The notes below the pieces were generated by a model. It was not told where the DNA came from and ran no database searches. It saw only the letters and a list, made by a program, of their open reading frames with translations. A DNA stretch of 64,000 bases from IMG/VR virus record IMGVR_UViG_3300027668_000008, positions 62,001 to 126,000 of that record; one strand, given 5' to 3'. Each line of letters begins with the position of its first letter. Positions within the stretch are counted from its first letter, which is position 1. This document shows, piece by piece, positions 55,958 to 64,000 of this stretch. The position numbers and the translations under genes were made by a program.

Positions 55958-56278
55958 TTAATTTCCGTTTGCATCAAAGTCATTGTACAATGTATATTTT
56001 GCAGTTAATTCTTCGCCTGCTTTAATTGGCTTTATTGTTTGCAAATATTTTACAGGTAATTGATGCCAAAATCCTTTTACATTTTTACAATTAGGATCAT
56101 CTGCATGATTGTAAAAAGCACCTAAGGCAGTTCTTATGCTACCATGTGGAAAGTTTTTATCTAATATATGCACTATGCCTAGTATCGTCCATGCTTCAAA
56201 GTCTTTTGTAGCAAACAAGCCTAAGCCTTGTACTCCTGATTTTTTAATTGTTAGTCCGTCTGGAAGTGGTTTATACAT
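55958..56278 (-). CDS. SET-domain protein
   Basis: GLGLFATKD, FYNH..PN, IKAGEELT..Y. Confidence 0.88.
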   Translation of the reverse strand: MYKPLPDGLTIKKSGVQGLGLFATKDFEAWTILGIVHILDKNFPHGSIRTALGAFYNHADDPNCKNVKGFWHQLPVKYLQTIKPIKAGEELTAKYTLYNDFDANGN

Positions 56279-56538
56279 TAGTTGTTCCCCTTTGGTATTG
56301 TTGGTAACGGATTAGCATTTAGGTTCCCCTGAGTATTACTGCCCCTTGCTATATCCTTAATAATTTGGGCACCTTCTTCGTGTGCCGAATCTCCCCAGGT
56401 TCCGTCTTTTGTTTTTTCACTAATTTGGTAAATTACTTTACCAGTAGTTAAAATATCTTTACCAGTAACTGCGCCAGTTTCTGCAACACCAACTACTGTA
56501 AACCATATTGCTCCGAATATACTTGTAATGCTACCCAT
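56278..56538 (-). CDS. hypothetical protein
   Basis: Coupled ORF. Confidence 0.55.
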   Translation of the reverse strand: MGSITSIFGAIWFTVVGVAETGAVTGKDILTTGKVIYQISEKTKDGTWGDSAHEEGAQIIKDIARGSNTQGNLNANPLPTIPKGNN

Positions 56539-56744
56539 TATTTTACACTCCTTTTATGATTCCAGATGTTATTGTTAAACACTTGTATCAACCTAGATAC
56601 TTCTACTTCGTGTTTATTGCCATGCTTGTCTTTGAACTGTACCTTTAAATTATTTGCCGGTCTGATTATAGTGTTATGTTCGTCCACTACTACTGCGTCA
56701 TCTGTAGTACTTCTATAATCATGCGAACTATATTGTTTTGGCAT
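56538..56744 (-). CDS. hypothetical protein
   Basis: Coupled ORF. Confidence 0.55.
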   Translation of the reverse strand: MPKQYSSHDYRSTTDDAVVVDEHNTIIRPANNLKVQFKDKHGNKHEVEVSRLIQVFNNNIWNHKRSVK

Positions 56745-57076
56745 TAAGCAACCTCACTTTCATTATCGATGTCTGCCATAATTTCTGCATCTGTCCAATT
56801 AGTAAGGTCAATGCTTCTAGCATAACCTTTAGAATACCTGTCCGCCATTATATAGTAATGATCGGTTTCTAGCATATACCTGTCAAACTGCTTTGGAGTG
56901 TATACATCATAACTTGCCCAATGCATTGGGTCAGTAACTAAATGACCTATCCATAGACCCTTAGTTTCTGCCATTTTCTTATCGGCATCTTTGTTCATTG
57001 CTTCAATGTGCTTAACAAGAGCAAGTTCGTTTTCTCTTAAAACGTTGTATTGTTTTGGTGTAACCATTTTATACAT
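56744..57076 (-). CDS. hypothetical early protein
   Basis: First gene after promoter cassette. Confidence 0.65.
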   Translation of the reverse strand: MYKMVTPKQYNVLRENELALVKHIEAMNKDADKKMAETKGLWIGHLVTDPMHWASYDVYTPKQFDRYMLETDHYYIMADRYSKGYARSIDLTNWTDAEIMADIDNESEVA

Positions 57077-57129
57077 CTCCTTTTGTTTAACTTATAGTAT
57101 TATAATAACACATATTGCTTATCTGTCAA
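57077..57129 (-). promoter_or_regulatory. early sigma70 promoter with conserved leader
   Basis: TTGACA-N16-TATTAT; TATAAGTTAAACAAAAGGAGAT. Confidence 0.88.
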
Positions 57130-57133
57130 CCAT

Positions 57134-57161
57134 AAAAAAAGCCTTATTAATAAGGCTTTTT
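57134..57161 (-). terminator. intrinsic terminator
   Basis: AAAAGCCTTATT/AATAAGGCTTTT palindrome with a T-tract on minus strand. Confidence 0.75.
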
Positions 57162-57197
57162 AGTATTCTTTTAGTAAAATATAGTTGTTTTCGAACA

Positions 57198-57329
57198 TTA
57201 TTGTATTAGTTTTACCAATATAATTACCTGAAGCCCTAGAATTATAATAGGAACTATGGTTCTAATTAATTCCATAGTATGATTATACTCGTCGAGTTTT
57301 CTTTCTAATTTATTTCTCTTTTTTTTCAT
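57198..57329 (-). CDS. 43-aa membrane protein (not in ORF track)
   Basis: MKKKRNKLERKLDEYNHTMELIRTIVPIIILGLQVIILVKLIQ; AAGGA SD. Confidence 0.6.
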   Translation of the reverse strand: MKKKRNKLERKLDEYNHTMELIRTIVPIIILGLQVIILVKLIQ

Positions 57330-57445
57330 ATTTCCTTGTTAAAATTATGCACACCCTGATACGCAAAACATCAGCATATCTGGATCAATTTCTGTTAAAA
57401 TAATGTTAATTACAAATAATATACCATAAATTTCTAAGCCAGTCA

Positions 57446-57649
57446 TTACCAGTCTCCTATAAGTCCTTTTTCAACTCCTTTGATGTGTTTACATTTAACA
57501 TATGCAGGACAGTTACATTCAAATCCTCTGTCTAACATAACAACTGTATACTCATCGCCCTTTGACCCAATCACGGGCCACTCAAATCCTACTAGATGAT
57601 GACCTTCTGTGTTTATTTCAGTCATCTCGTTTTCCAATACCATAATCAA
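57446..57649 (-). CDS. SWIM-type zinc finger protein
   Basis: GSKG..Y.V..CNCP..CKHI. Confidence 0.75.
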   Translation of the reverse strand: MIMVLENEMTEINTEGHHLVGFEWPVIGSKGDEYTVVMLDRGFECNCPAYVKCKHIKGVEKGLIGDW

Positions 57650-58736
57650 TAACTACAGGAAACCTAGGAACTCCGTCATTTGATAACTCAAAATATCTAC
57701 AAGTTACCCAAGTAGGCTTTTCTGTACTTTCCCATAATGCTTTCAATTGTGCTTGTGAACCTCGCACTCCTGAACTAAACTGCTTACCGTCGGATAATAC
57801 AAGAACAAACTTTTTAGCATAACCTGACCAGTTACCCTGTCCTTCTACTACTTCTACTACTGAATATTCTTCAGTAATAAACTCTTTCCGTTTTAGTAAA
57901 TTTTTACTTCTTTTACATTCATAAGCACTATCTTGACGAACCATTTGACCTTCGTAACCCGCCTGTGTGTATTCACCATATAACTTATCAATATCTTCTG
58001 TACTGTCTGCTTTGTCAGTTGGAACAAGTACAATTTGATTACCTGAAACATTATCTGCTAACCACTTACTACGTTGAGTAAAGGTCATACTAGGATTGTT
58101 TTTATCAAACATATCGTAGATATGATATTGTACTTTCTCACTTGCTTCAGCGATCTCTTCTGGTCGACACTTTACTTTACGAACTAAACTAACAATCTTT
58201 TGAAAGTCTGCTTTTAGTTCATGATTATAAAGTTCTCCATCAAGTACAATACTTGGGTTAGACTTAATTAGTTCACTTAAACTCTCCATAACGTGCGGAC
58301 AACTGTTAATAGGTTTACCACCACGTGTATGCATACCATTTGTATCAGTGACACAACGGATACCATCTAACTTAGGTTGTGTGTATCCACTTGTTACAGG
58401 AGTTTTTGTAAAATCGTGTGCCAACATAGGCTTAAATAATTCGTAACTATCTACATCATCTACGTTTTCAAAATACTCTTTGTCTGCTTTTTTAGTCCAT
58501 TCACTTTTGGCTTCTGCAAGAGCTTGACTTTGTGAAGTAGTAGAATTTGCTCTACCTGTATTTTTAGCAACTGATATATTCCATGCACCTGTAATTTTTT
58601 GACCATCAACTAAACCTGAAATGGTCCTAATACCTGCTACATCTTCGGAATCGTAACCATGCTCGATAGTCCAAATTCTTAATTTACCTTTAGTATCTCT
58701 TTTGTATAGACTTGCTAAACTAGTAATATTCTTCAT
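57618..58736 (-). CDS. ATP-dependent DNA ligase
   Basis: PMLA, QPKLDGIR, LDGELY, EGQMVR, LLKRK, PRFP. Confidence 0.93.
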   Translation of the reverse strand: MKNITSLASLYKRDTKGKLRIWTIEHGYDSEDVAGIRTISGLVDGQKITGAWNISVAKNTGRANSTTSQSQALAEAKSEWTKKADKEYFENVDDVDSYELFKPMLAHDFTKTPVTSGYTQPKLDGIRCVTDTNGMHTRGGKPINSCPHVMESLSELIKSNPSIVLDGELYNHELKADFQKIVSLVRKVKCRPEEIAEASEKVQYHIYDMFDKNNPSMTFTQRSKWLADNVSGNQIVLVPTDKADSTEDIDKLYGEYTQAGYEGQMVRQDSAYECKRSKNLLKRKEFITEEYSVVEVVEGQGNWSGYAKKFVLVLSDGKQFSSGVRGSQAQLKALWESTEKPTWVTCRYFELSNDGVPRFPVVIDYGIGKRDD

Positions 58737-59071
58737 TATTTGCTATCCCTTTCGTCAACCATTTTACGAATTATTGCCATATAGTTCTCATTAGTAGGTT
58801 CCATGCCATATTGCTTACACAATTTCTTTGCTTGTGGAGTAACAAAACCTTTAGATTCTAGTATTGTTAACGGACTTTCACCTGCTTTATATCTAGCAAA
58901 ATACTCATCAGTAGTAAAGTTTTTAATAAGAAAAGACTTAAATGCACCTGCAAATTTAACATATTTAAACCTAGCAACAAACTCATTGTTACCATAATGT
59001 TGTGTACTATCGTTGTTATACGTTAAGTACATTCCGTCATAATTAAAATTGTCTTTTACAAATGTTGTCAT
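58736..59071 (-). CDS. conserved hypothetical early protein
   Basis: FVARFKY..FKSFLIKNFT..EYF. Confidence 0.65.
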   Translation of the reverse strand: MTTFVKDNFNYDGMYLTYNNDSTQHYGNNEFVARFKYVKFAGAFKSFLIKNFTTDEYFARYKAGESPLTILESKGFVTPQAKKLCKQYGMEPTNENYMAIIRKMVDERDSK

Positions 59072-59130
59072 TTAGTATCTCCTTTTGTTTAACTTATACT
59101 TTATAATAGCACATCTAGCCTGTTTGTCAA
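59072..59130 (-). promoter_or_regulatory. early sigma70 promoter with conserved leader
   Basis: TTGACA-N16-TATTAT; TATAAGTTAAACAAAAGGAGAT. Confidence 0.88.
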
Positions 59131-59170
59131 CCTTTTATTTTAGTGCTATTATATTGGCTTTTTTGTTAAC

Positions 59171-59593
59171 TTACTCACTAATTATAGCATCTTTCATCGC
59201 TTTGTCAACCATTTCTTGGTCGTCTTCGACTTCATCATATGCCATCTTTTTCTTTAAAAGCGAAGTATCTGTAGCACTTAAACGGACATCACTATCACTA
59301 TTAAACATTGCTTGTTCTAATAAGAACATCTGTTCTAACCCATCATTGTTCCATATTGTGTTTAATAGTTCATTAACTTTTTCTATATCCATTCGACGAA
59401 GACGATACTGTTGAAAATGTCGTTGCAAGTATGCATGGAACACTTCCGGAATCTTCTTGTAATCACTAAATGCAAATGTACCCTTAAATCCTGCAGGGTG
59501 GTGGATGTTGTTAAGCAAATGTGGTTGATTGTAGTAATCAATCTTTGTTTGTACACAATCATCTAAACTACGTTCATATACTGTAATACCCAT
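59171..59593 (-). CDS. hypothetical protein
   Basis: Promoter TTGACG-N18-TATAAT at 59630-59659; AAGGA SD. Confidence 0.6.
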   Translation of the reverse strand: MGITVYERSLDDCVQTKIDYYNQPHLLNNIHHPAGFKGTFAFSDYKKIPEVFHAYLQRHFQQYRLRRMDIEKVNELLNTIWNNDGLEQMFLLEQAMFNSDSDVRLSATDTSLLKKKMAYDEVEDDQEMVDKAMKDAIISE

Positions 59594-59680
59594 AATACCT
59601 TTCCTTTAGTTTTTCTTAATTACGAAACAATTATAACACAAAATAAACCCACCCGTCAACCTTTTTGGGTAAATAATTGT

Positions 59681-59881
59681 ATGAGATATAGTCATAAGAA
59701 TATTGTACTTGAGTACGCAACTACAAGATCAAGGTTATATATCGATGATAGATTGGTGTTTTTAGGTTCCGGGCTTATTGCTATAAAAATGTTTATAGAA
59801 CAATCGGGAAATAATCCTGCGGTTATAGAACGTTTTAAGGCTCAATTATTTTACCCAACAAACGCTCGTTCTAATGTATAA
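59681..59881 (+). CDS. hypothetical late protein, probably leaderless
   Basis: TAAATA at 59670-59675, 5 nt before ATG. Confidence 0.5.
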   Translation: MRYSHKNIVLEYATTRSRLYIDDRLVFLGSGLIAIKMFIEQSGNNPAVIERFKAQLFYPTNARSNV

Positions 59882-60573
59882 GATCCTGCAGAACGATTGT
59901 TCCCTTCAGTGTAACCTTTGTCTTCTAAACGTTGTTTCATTTCTAAGTTAAAATCCATGCTACCACATATCATAACTTTATCAGTTTTTGGAGTAATGTC
60001 GTCCCATATACCGGCGTCAATGTATTTGGTAATTCGTCCTTGGTTCTTAAATTCTTCTCTAGTTACTGTTGGGAAATATGTAATGTCTTGTTCTTCTAAG
60101 AATGTGTTATATGATCTCAAATCTTGTACAAGTGGAACAGTCCAATACACTGATATACTATCAAAGTAATCATATGTTGTTGGGTCTCTTAATAAACTAA
60201 TAAACGGAGCAATGCCTGTACCAGTTGCAACTAAATGCAAATTGCCTCCTAGTTCTAAATTATTAAGTGTAAGAGTGCCAGTGGGTTTTTCACCTACTAT
60301 TAATTCATCATCTACTTTAATATCTTTTAGTCTACTAGTTAATGGACCATCTTCTACTTTAATACTGTAGAATTCTAAAAACTCATCATACGGTCCACTA
60401 GTAAAACTGTATGCTCTCATTATAGGTTTATTTTTTTGTAGTTTTTTTGACCAGTTATCTAATCCAATCATAGTAAACTCACCCGCAACAAATCTGTATG
60501 TTGGTGGTCTTTCTAATTTTATTTTAAATAGTTTATCAGTGTAATGTGTAACTTCTATGACTTTTAAATTCAT
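59851..60573 (-). CDS. fpr: ferredoxin/flavodoxin-NADP+ reductase
   Basis: GEFTMIGL, RAYS, GPLTSRL, TGTGIAPF, MICGS, ERAFVG. Confidence 0.93.
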   Translation of the reverse strand: MNLKVIEVTHYTDKLFKIKLERPPTYRFVAGEFTMIGLDNWSKKLQKNKPIMRAYSFTSGPYDEFLEFYSIKVEDGPLTSRLKDIKVDDELIVGEKPTGTLTLNNLELGGNLHLVATGTGIAPFISLLRDPTTYDYFDSISVYWTVPLVQDLRSYNTFLEEQDITYFPTVTREEFKNQGRITKYIDAGIWDDITPKTDKVMICGSMDFNLEMKQRLEDKGYTEGNNRSAGSYTLERAFVG

Positions 60574-60574
60574 A

Positions 60575-61207
60575 TTATTTTACAAATGTTCCTTGCTTTA
60601 ATTTTCCTACAACAGAGTCATATGTTTCACCTAAACATTTTAGTCTAAGAATTACACGTTCTGAGGTTATCTCTGGAACACCGTGTACTGCCATTCCGTT
60701 AAACATAGTAGGGTGTTCTAGACTATAATGATGTAAGTAATCTATATCATTATCGTCCCAACCGTATTTCTTTTCGTAGTTGATATTTCTTTCTGGTTCA
60801 ATACCTTCTCTACTAAAGAAACTAATAGGAGTAATGTCTTTTACAGGTAATATTGGAAACATAATAGCACAATTCATAAAATGATCAGTATGTGGGTGAA
60901 ACTTGTAACCAACATCATAATGTAGTATATCAATATGGTCTGGATCAGGATATTCGCCCCAATTAAACTTATCTACTAAATCTCTAACAACAGGAAAGTC
61001 TAACAAAGACATATCGTTCTTTTTCCTTATTGCTATTGTATTCATTCCTTGCCGACCTTTAAATTCTCTTTTAGTACCTCTTGCTAGATACTGCATATAA
61101 TCACCAAAGTTTTCTATAAGGTGTCTATGCTCTTCAAATAAATCTTCCAAGGCTTGTCGGTCATAAGTTACTTCATCTATTTCTGTGTGAAACTTGCCTT
61201 GTATCAT
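60575..61207 (-). CDS. 2OG-Fe(II) oxygenase-like protein
   Basis: PHTD, VHGV, RVILR. Confidence 0.7.
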   Translation of the reverse strand: MIQGKFHTEIDEVTYDRQALEDLFEEHRHLIENFGDYMQYLARGTKREFKGRQGMNTIAIRKKNDMSLLDFPVVRDLVDKFNWGEYPDPDHIDILHYDVGYKFHPHTDHFMNCAIMFPILPVKDITPISFFSREGIEPERNINYEKKYGWDDNDIDYLHHYSLEHPTMFNGMAVHGVPEITSERVILRLKCLGETYDSVVGKLKQGTFVK

Positions 61208-61210
61208 TTT

Positions 61211-61570
61211 TTAAATGTATCCTATTAATGTAACTATAACAAAGTAATTTATATAATGTAATGCTTGGTCAATAGTTTGTAATCCCCAAAACATTTTGCC
61301 ATTTTTAATTACTTTGTACTTGTTTAATATTATGTGTTTTAACCAATCTATTATACAATGTGTAGTGTAATCAAACATTGATAATAGTAATGCATATTTG
61401 ATATCTATAAAGAATAGTAATATGATTAGTGTTGCTACTGCATGGTCAATACAGTGTCTATGTAAACCTCGATTAAATAAGTTGCTCTTATCTGCGGATG
61501 GTCGTGTTGACTGCATGAATAAGTCACAAAATGTGTGCTTAATCAGAAGTAAAATAAAGACGGATGTCAT
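61211..61570 (-). CDS. DUF3307-like membrane protein
   Basis: KH..CD..Q, H..DH, H..ID..K, DQALH. Confidence 0.75.
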   Translation of the reverse strand: MTSVFILLLIKHTFCDLFMQSTRPSADKSNLFNRGLHRHCIDHAVATLIILLFFIDIKYALLLSMFDYTTHCIIDWLKHIILNKYKVIKNGKMFWGLQTIDQALHYINYFVIVTLIGYI

Positions 61571-61602
61571 ATGTTTCTCGATGTGTAAAGGACAATTAGT
61601 GG

Positions 61603-61717
61603 GTTGGAGAGAGAGTATTCAAATCCGTTAACACGTGAACTAATAATTAGTTTTTTCAAATCCGACCAATAAATTTAGTAATAGATATTACTAGGGAAAT
61701 TAGCACTTCCCTCCAAC
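61603..61717 (-). ncRNA. candidate structured RNA downstream of late promoter
   Basis: Closing stem GUUGGAG/CUCCAAC, three internal hairpins, duplicated CGGAUUUGAA; TAAATA at 61725-61730. Confidence 0.55.
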
Positions 61718-61723
61718 GTACAA

Positions 61724-62131
61724 CTATTTATCTAATACAATGAATACGCCTTGGTCTAAGGTAAAAATGTCAAACCCCCACCCTGTAATGCTTTGCCTGC
61801 CACCACCGACAGTTTTGTCGTCTACCATCTTCTCATCACTTACTGTACTACTATAATGCCATAGACCGTCTTTTTCCACCATAGCAAACTGCATACCTTC
61901 AACCATGTCAGCATTCATACTATATAAGGACCCACTATCCTTATCCCAATATATGCCAAAATACCCACGATGATCGTCAAGTCTAGGCTTGGACTTGTAA
62001 AAAATGTCAACAGGCACGTCAGGCTTATCGAGCTCAGTAGTGCAAATGTATCGTACTTCGCCTCCGGTTTCGACTCCATAATATTTCTCCACTTGATCAG
62101 TATCAGTTAAAGGTTCGTGATTAATCTTCAT
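61724..62131 (-). CDS. conserved hypothetical phage protein
   Basis: Y.CTT..PVDIFY..YFG..YS..GGR. Confidence 0.65.
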   Translation of the reverse strand: MKINHEPLTDTDQVEKYYGVETGGEVRYICTTELDKPDVPVDIFYKSKPRLDDHRGYFGIYWDKDSGSLYSMNADMVEGMQFAMVEKDGLWHYSSTVSDEKMVDDKTVGGGRQSITGWGFDIFTLDQGVFIVLDK

Positions 62132-62318
62132 TATTCTCTTTATCTATTTTATCCACTGTTTGATGTATTCTGTCATCTGTTATATCAATAACACCAGATT
62201 GTTGTAATACGTCTAATGTCGTAGTAACACCGTGTTCTACTCCTGCTTTCCAATTATAATAAGCACAAGCACCTGTAAAGATTATAAACGCACTGCAATG
62301 CCAAACTGTTAATACCAT
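62121..62318 (-). CDS. small membrane protein
   Basis: TM helix then G...G...TLD.L. Confidence 0.55.
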   Translation of the reverse strand: MVLTVWHCSAFIIFTGACAYYNWKAGVEHGVTTTLDVLQQSGVIDITDDRIHQTVDKIDKENNED

Positions 62319-62329
62319 AACATTACCTC

Positions 62330-63358
62330 TTAATTGTTAAAAGATTCAAAGAATTTTATACTTGCTAAATTCTTTGCTTTTGATTCTACCATAATATCTG
62401 CAAACTCATTAAATGTGGATGCCCAAGTATTTACCGCATTATTCCACATAAAGTCACTATGTCCACGCATCTTGCCTTTTTTGTAACCTTGTTCTAATAA
62501 TAATTCCTTATCAGGTAATGTGTTAACATCGTGGTCTATAAGATAGTCAAGTCTACTTACTGAATAATGCATTGCAGGACGTAAGCCACGCCAACTATCT
62601 ATTACGCCTTTAAATCTATCATCGGAGGGTTGTATGTATTCACCACTTTTGACCCAGTGATGGTGTATGTCAAGTACGAGTGCGAGGTGCTTGCCAAGTT
62701 CGAGACTGTCTTCGATGCCCCACGAGTTTTCGTCGTTTTCAATGGTAATAACATTTCTCGCCTCTTTAGAAAGTCTTGGGAGGACATTAATGATACCGGT
62801 TGGACCTTGTCTACCTGATATATGGACATTGCATTTGAAGTCTTGGAACTCCTTGCCGTAGCCCATGAATTTGATGCAATCAACATGATATTCGAACTCC
62901 TCTATACTACGTTCTACAACTTCGGGCCTATCACTTGCTAATACAACAAATTGACCAGGGTGCATACTAAGACGTACATCATGTTGTCTGGCAATGTCGC
63001 CTACTTTAATTAAGTTGTCTTCTAAATATTTTTGTACATATGCTTGTTGCCAAAAGTAACGCCAACTAGGTTCTGTGTATGCTGGTAGCAAGTCACTGCC
63101 TAGTCTAAGCATTCTTAGTTCTGGTTGTAATGTACTTACATAGGTAATAAGATTTTTGTACGATTCAATATTATGAACCATAATATCCCAAAGTCGTTGT
63201 TCAGCAACTTCTTTAGTTTGCCTATTAAGCCATGAGATTGTTGTCGACCTACTGTTGTAAGGACGTTGCAGTTCTTCTAATACTTTTTTATTTTGGGTTT
63301 GATCTGCTACCATGTACTTACAAGCGAAACCAACTCTTTTTATATCTTGATTAAACAT
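62330..63358 (-). CDS. uvsE: UV damage endonuclease
   Basis: GFACK, RLGSD, RLSMHPGQF, IENDE, LDIHHH, HSD, MVESK.K. Confidence 0.93.
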   Translation of the reverse strand: MFNQDIKRVGFACKYMVADQTQNKKVLEELQRPYNSRSTTISWLNRQTKEVAEQRLWDIMVHNIESYKNLITYVSTLQPELRMLRLGSDLLPAYTEPSWRYFWQQAYVQKYLEDNLIKVGDIARQHDVRLSMHPGQFVVLASDRPEVVERSIEEFEYHVDCIKFMGYGKEFQDFKCNVHISGRQGPTGIINVLPRLSKEARNVITIENDENSWGIEDSLELGKHLALVLDIHHHWVKSGEYIQPSDDRFKGVIDSWRGLRPAMHYSVSRLDYLIDHDVNTLPDKELLLEQGYKKGKMRGHSDFMWNNAVNTWASTFNEFADIMVESKAKNLASIKFFESFNN

Positions 63359-63407
63359 AATATCCTATACATTAAACTAAACATAACACTATGTTAGCAC
63401 AATTATA

Positions 63408-64000
63408 TTATGTTGTCAACAGTTGATTTTCTAAGTTTTCGTAAGTATCGGCATACGCATTTGGGTGATTTAAAAGACTGTCCGGTGTCCAGTCATTAAC
63501 AAATATAAACTTAACATCGTTGAAGTGTTCAATAATGTGTCCTATTTGTTGGACATCATATCCCATGTCACGTTGCTTTGCAGTTTCTTTTGGATTGTTT
63601 TGTGATCCTGAATAGATACAATTAATTGCACCAAAAGGATTTTTCATTGATCGTTCGCCAGAACCAATAAAATCATAACCAATAATAGTTACAATTTCAT
63701 TTTCTAATGCGGCAAGTAGTATTGCATAAGAACCGGATGTCCAATTCTTTTCTTCATCTTTTTCGTGTGTAATAGTGTAAGGTATTTCTGGTAATACTTG
63801 TAAGTATGGATTCTTAACAATGTTGATTAAGTCAGTTGTTGTAAACAAGTAGGACTTTTTTTGTAAATTGTGTTCCACTGCTTCTTGTAAATGATGTAAC
63901 TTATTACAAACTATATTCTCTACAACAAAGTCTCTGTGAATACTGTTACACCCATATGTAATACCTCTGCCAAAAAGTTTTCGTAAATCAAAATCTTTCC
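63408..64000 (-). CDS. hypothetical protein (DUF115/MptE-like fold suspected), 5'-truncated by window edge
   Basis: Frame stays open upstream of track start (..DLRKLFGRGITYGCNSIHRDF..); W.SG..A; IIGYD. Confidence 0.55.
   Translation of the reverse strand, partial: KDFDLRKLFGRGITYGCNSIHRDFVVENIVCNKLHHLQEAVEHNLQKKSYLFTTTDLINIVKNPYLQVLPEIPYTITHEKDEEKNWTSGSYAILLAALENEIVTIIGYDFIGSGERSMKNPFGAINCIYSGSQNNPKETAKQRDMGYDVQQIGHIIEHFNDVKFIFVNDWTPDSLLNHPNAYADTYENLENQLLTT

Noticed and set aside
61618-61664. TTCAAATCCG direct repeat as a CRISPR array or tRNA remnant
   Set aside because: Only two 10-nt copies, no cas genes, and no T-stem or cloverleaf around them. No CRISPR array was seen anywhere in the window.
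504-62861. Most plus-strand ORFs in the track (e.g. 1484-1963, 13058-13480, 39972-40385, 54678-55166)
   Set aside because: They lie antisense to well-supported minus-strand genes, have shadow-like S/L/I/F-rich composition, and lack SD or promoter.
1-64000. Stop-codon reassignment as in some large phages
   Set aside because: TAA, TAG and TGA all end conserved genes at expected positions, coding density is high under code 11, and no suppressor tRNA was seen.

Overview
AT-rich (roughly one-third GC by eye), gene-dense 64-kb segment of a large T4-like (myovirus/jumbo-type) bacteriophage. It is probably marine with an alphaproteobacterial host (inferred from Prs/Fpr sequence style, UvsE, PhoH and many 2OG oxygenases). 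Nearly all genes are on the minus strand. Content in order: putative head-packaged mosaic proteins (1.4-10.8 kb); a dnaJ-def-clpA operon; a lysis cassette (GH108 endolysin, spanins); phoH; two early regions of small genes behind repeated sigma70 promoter/leader cassettes (21.9-27.5 kb, 50.9-59.6 kb); clamp loader, GroES, a split DnaE-like fragment, rpiB, amidinotransferase, MazG and prs; baseplate/fibre proteins; HtrA; an infA-ferredoxin-SufT-IscA cluster; a radical SAM enzyme; four tRNAs (Gln-TTG, Leu-TAA, Trp-CCA, Arg-TCT); a QueC-like/2OG/methyltransferase operon; DNA ligase; fpr; uvsE. T4-type late promoters (TAAATA) are frequent. Best novel candidate: a ~75-nt pseudoknotted, terminator-ended RNA at 22122-22199. 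Its single-stranded loop is antisense to the conserved 5' leader plus Shine-Dalgarno (UAAGUUAA..AAGGAGAU) shared by many of the phage's own early mRNAs. A second structured non-coding RNA lies behind a late promoter at 61603-61717. All family assignments come from motif recognition by eye; no database searches were run.
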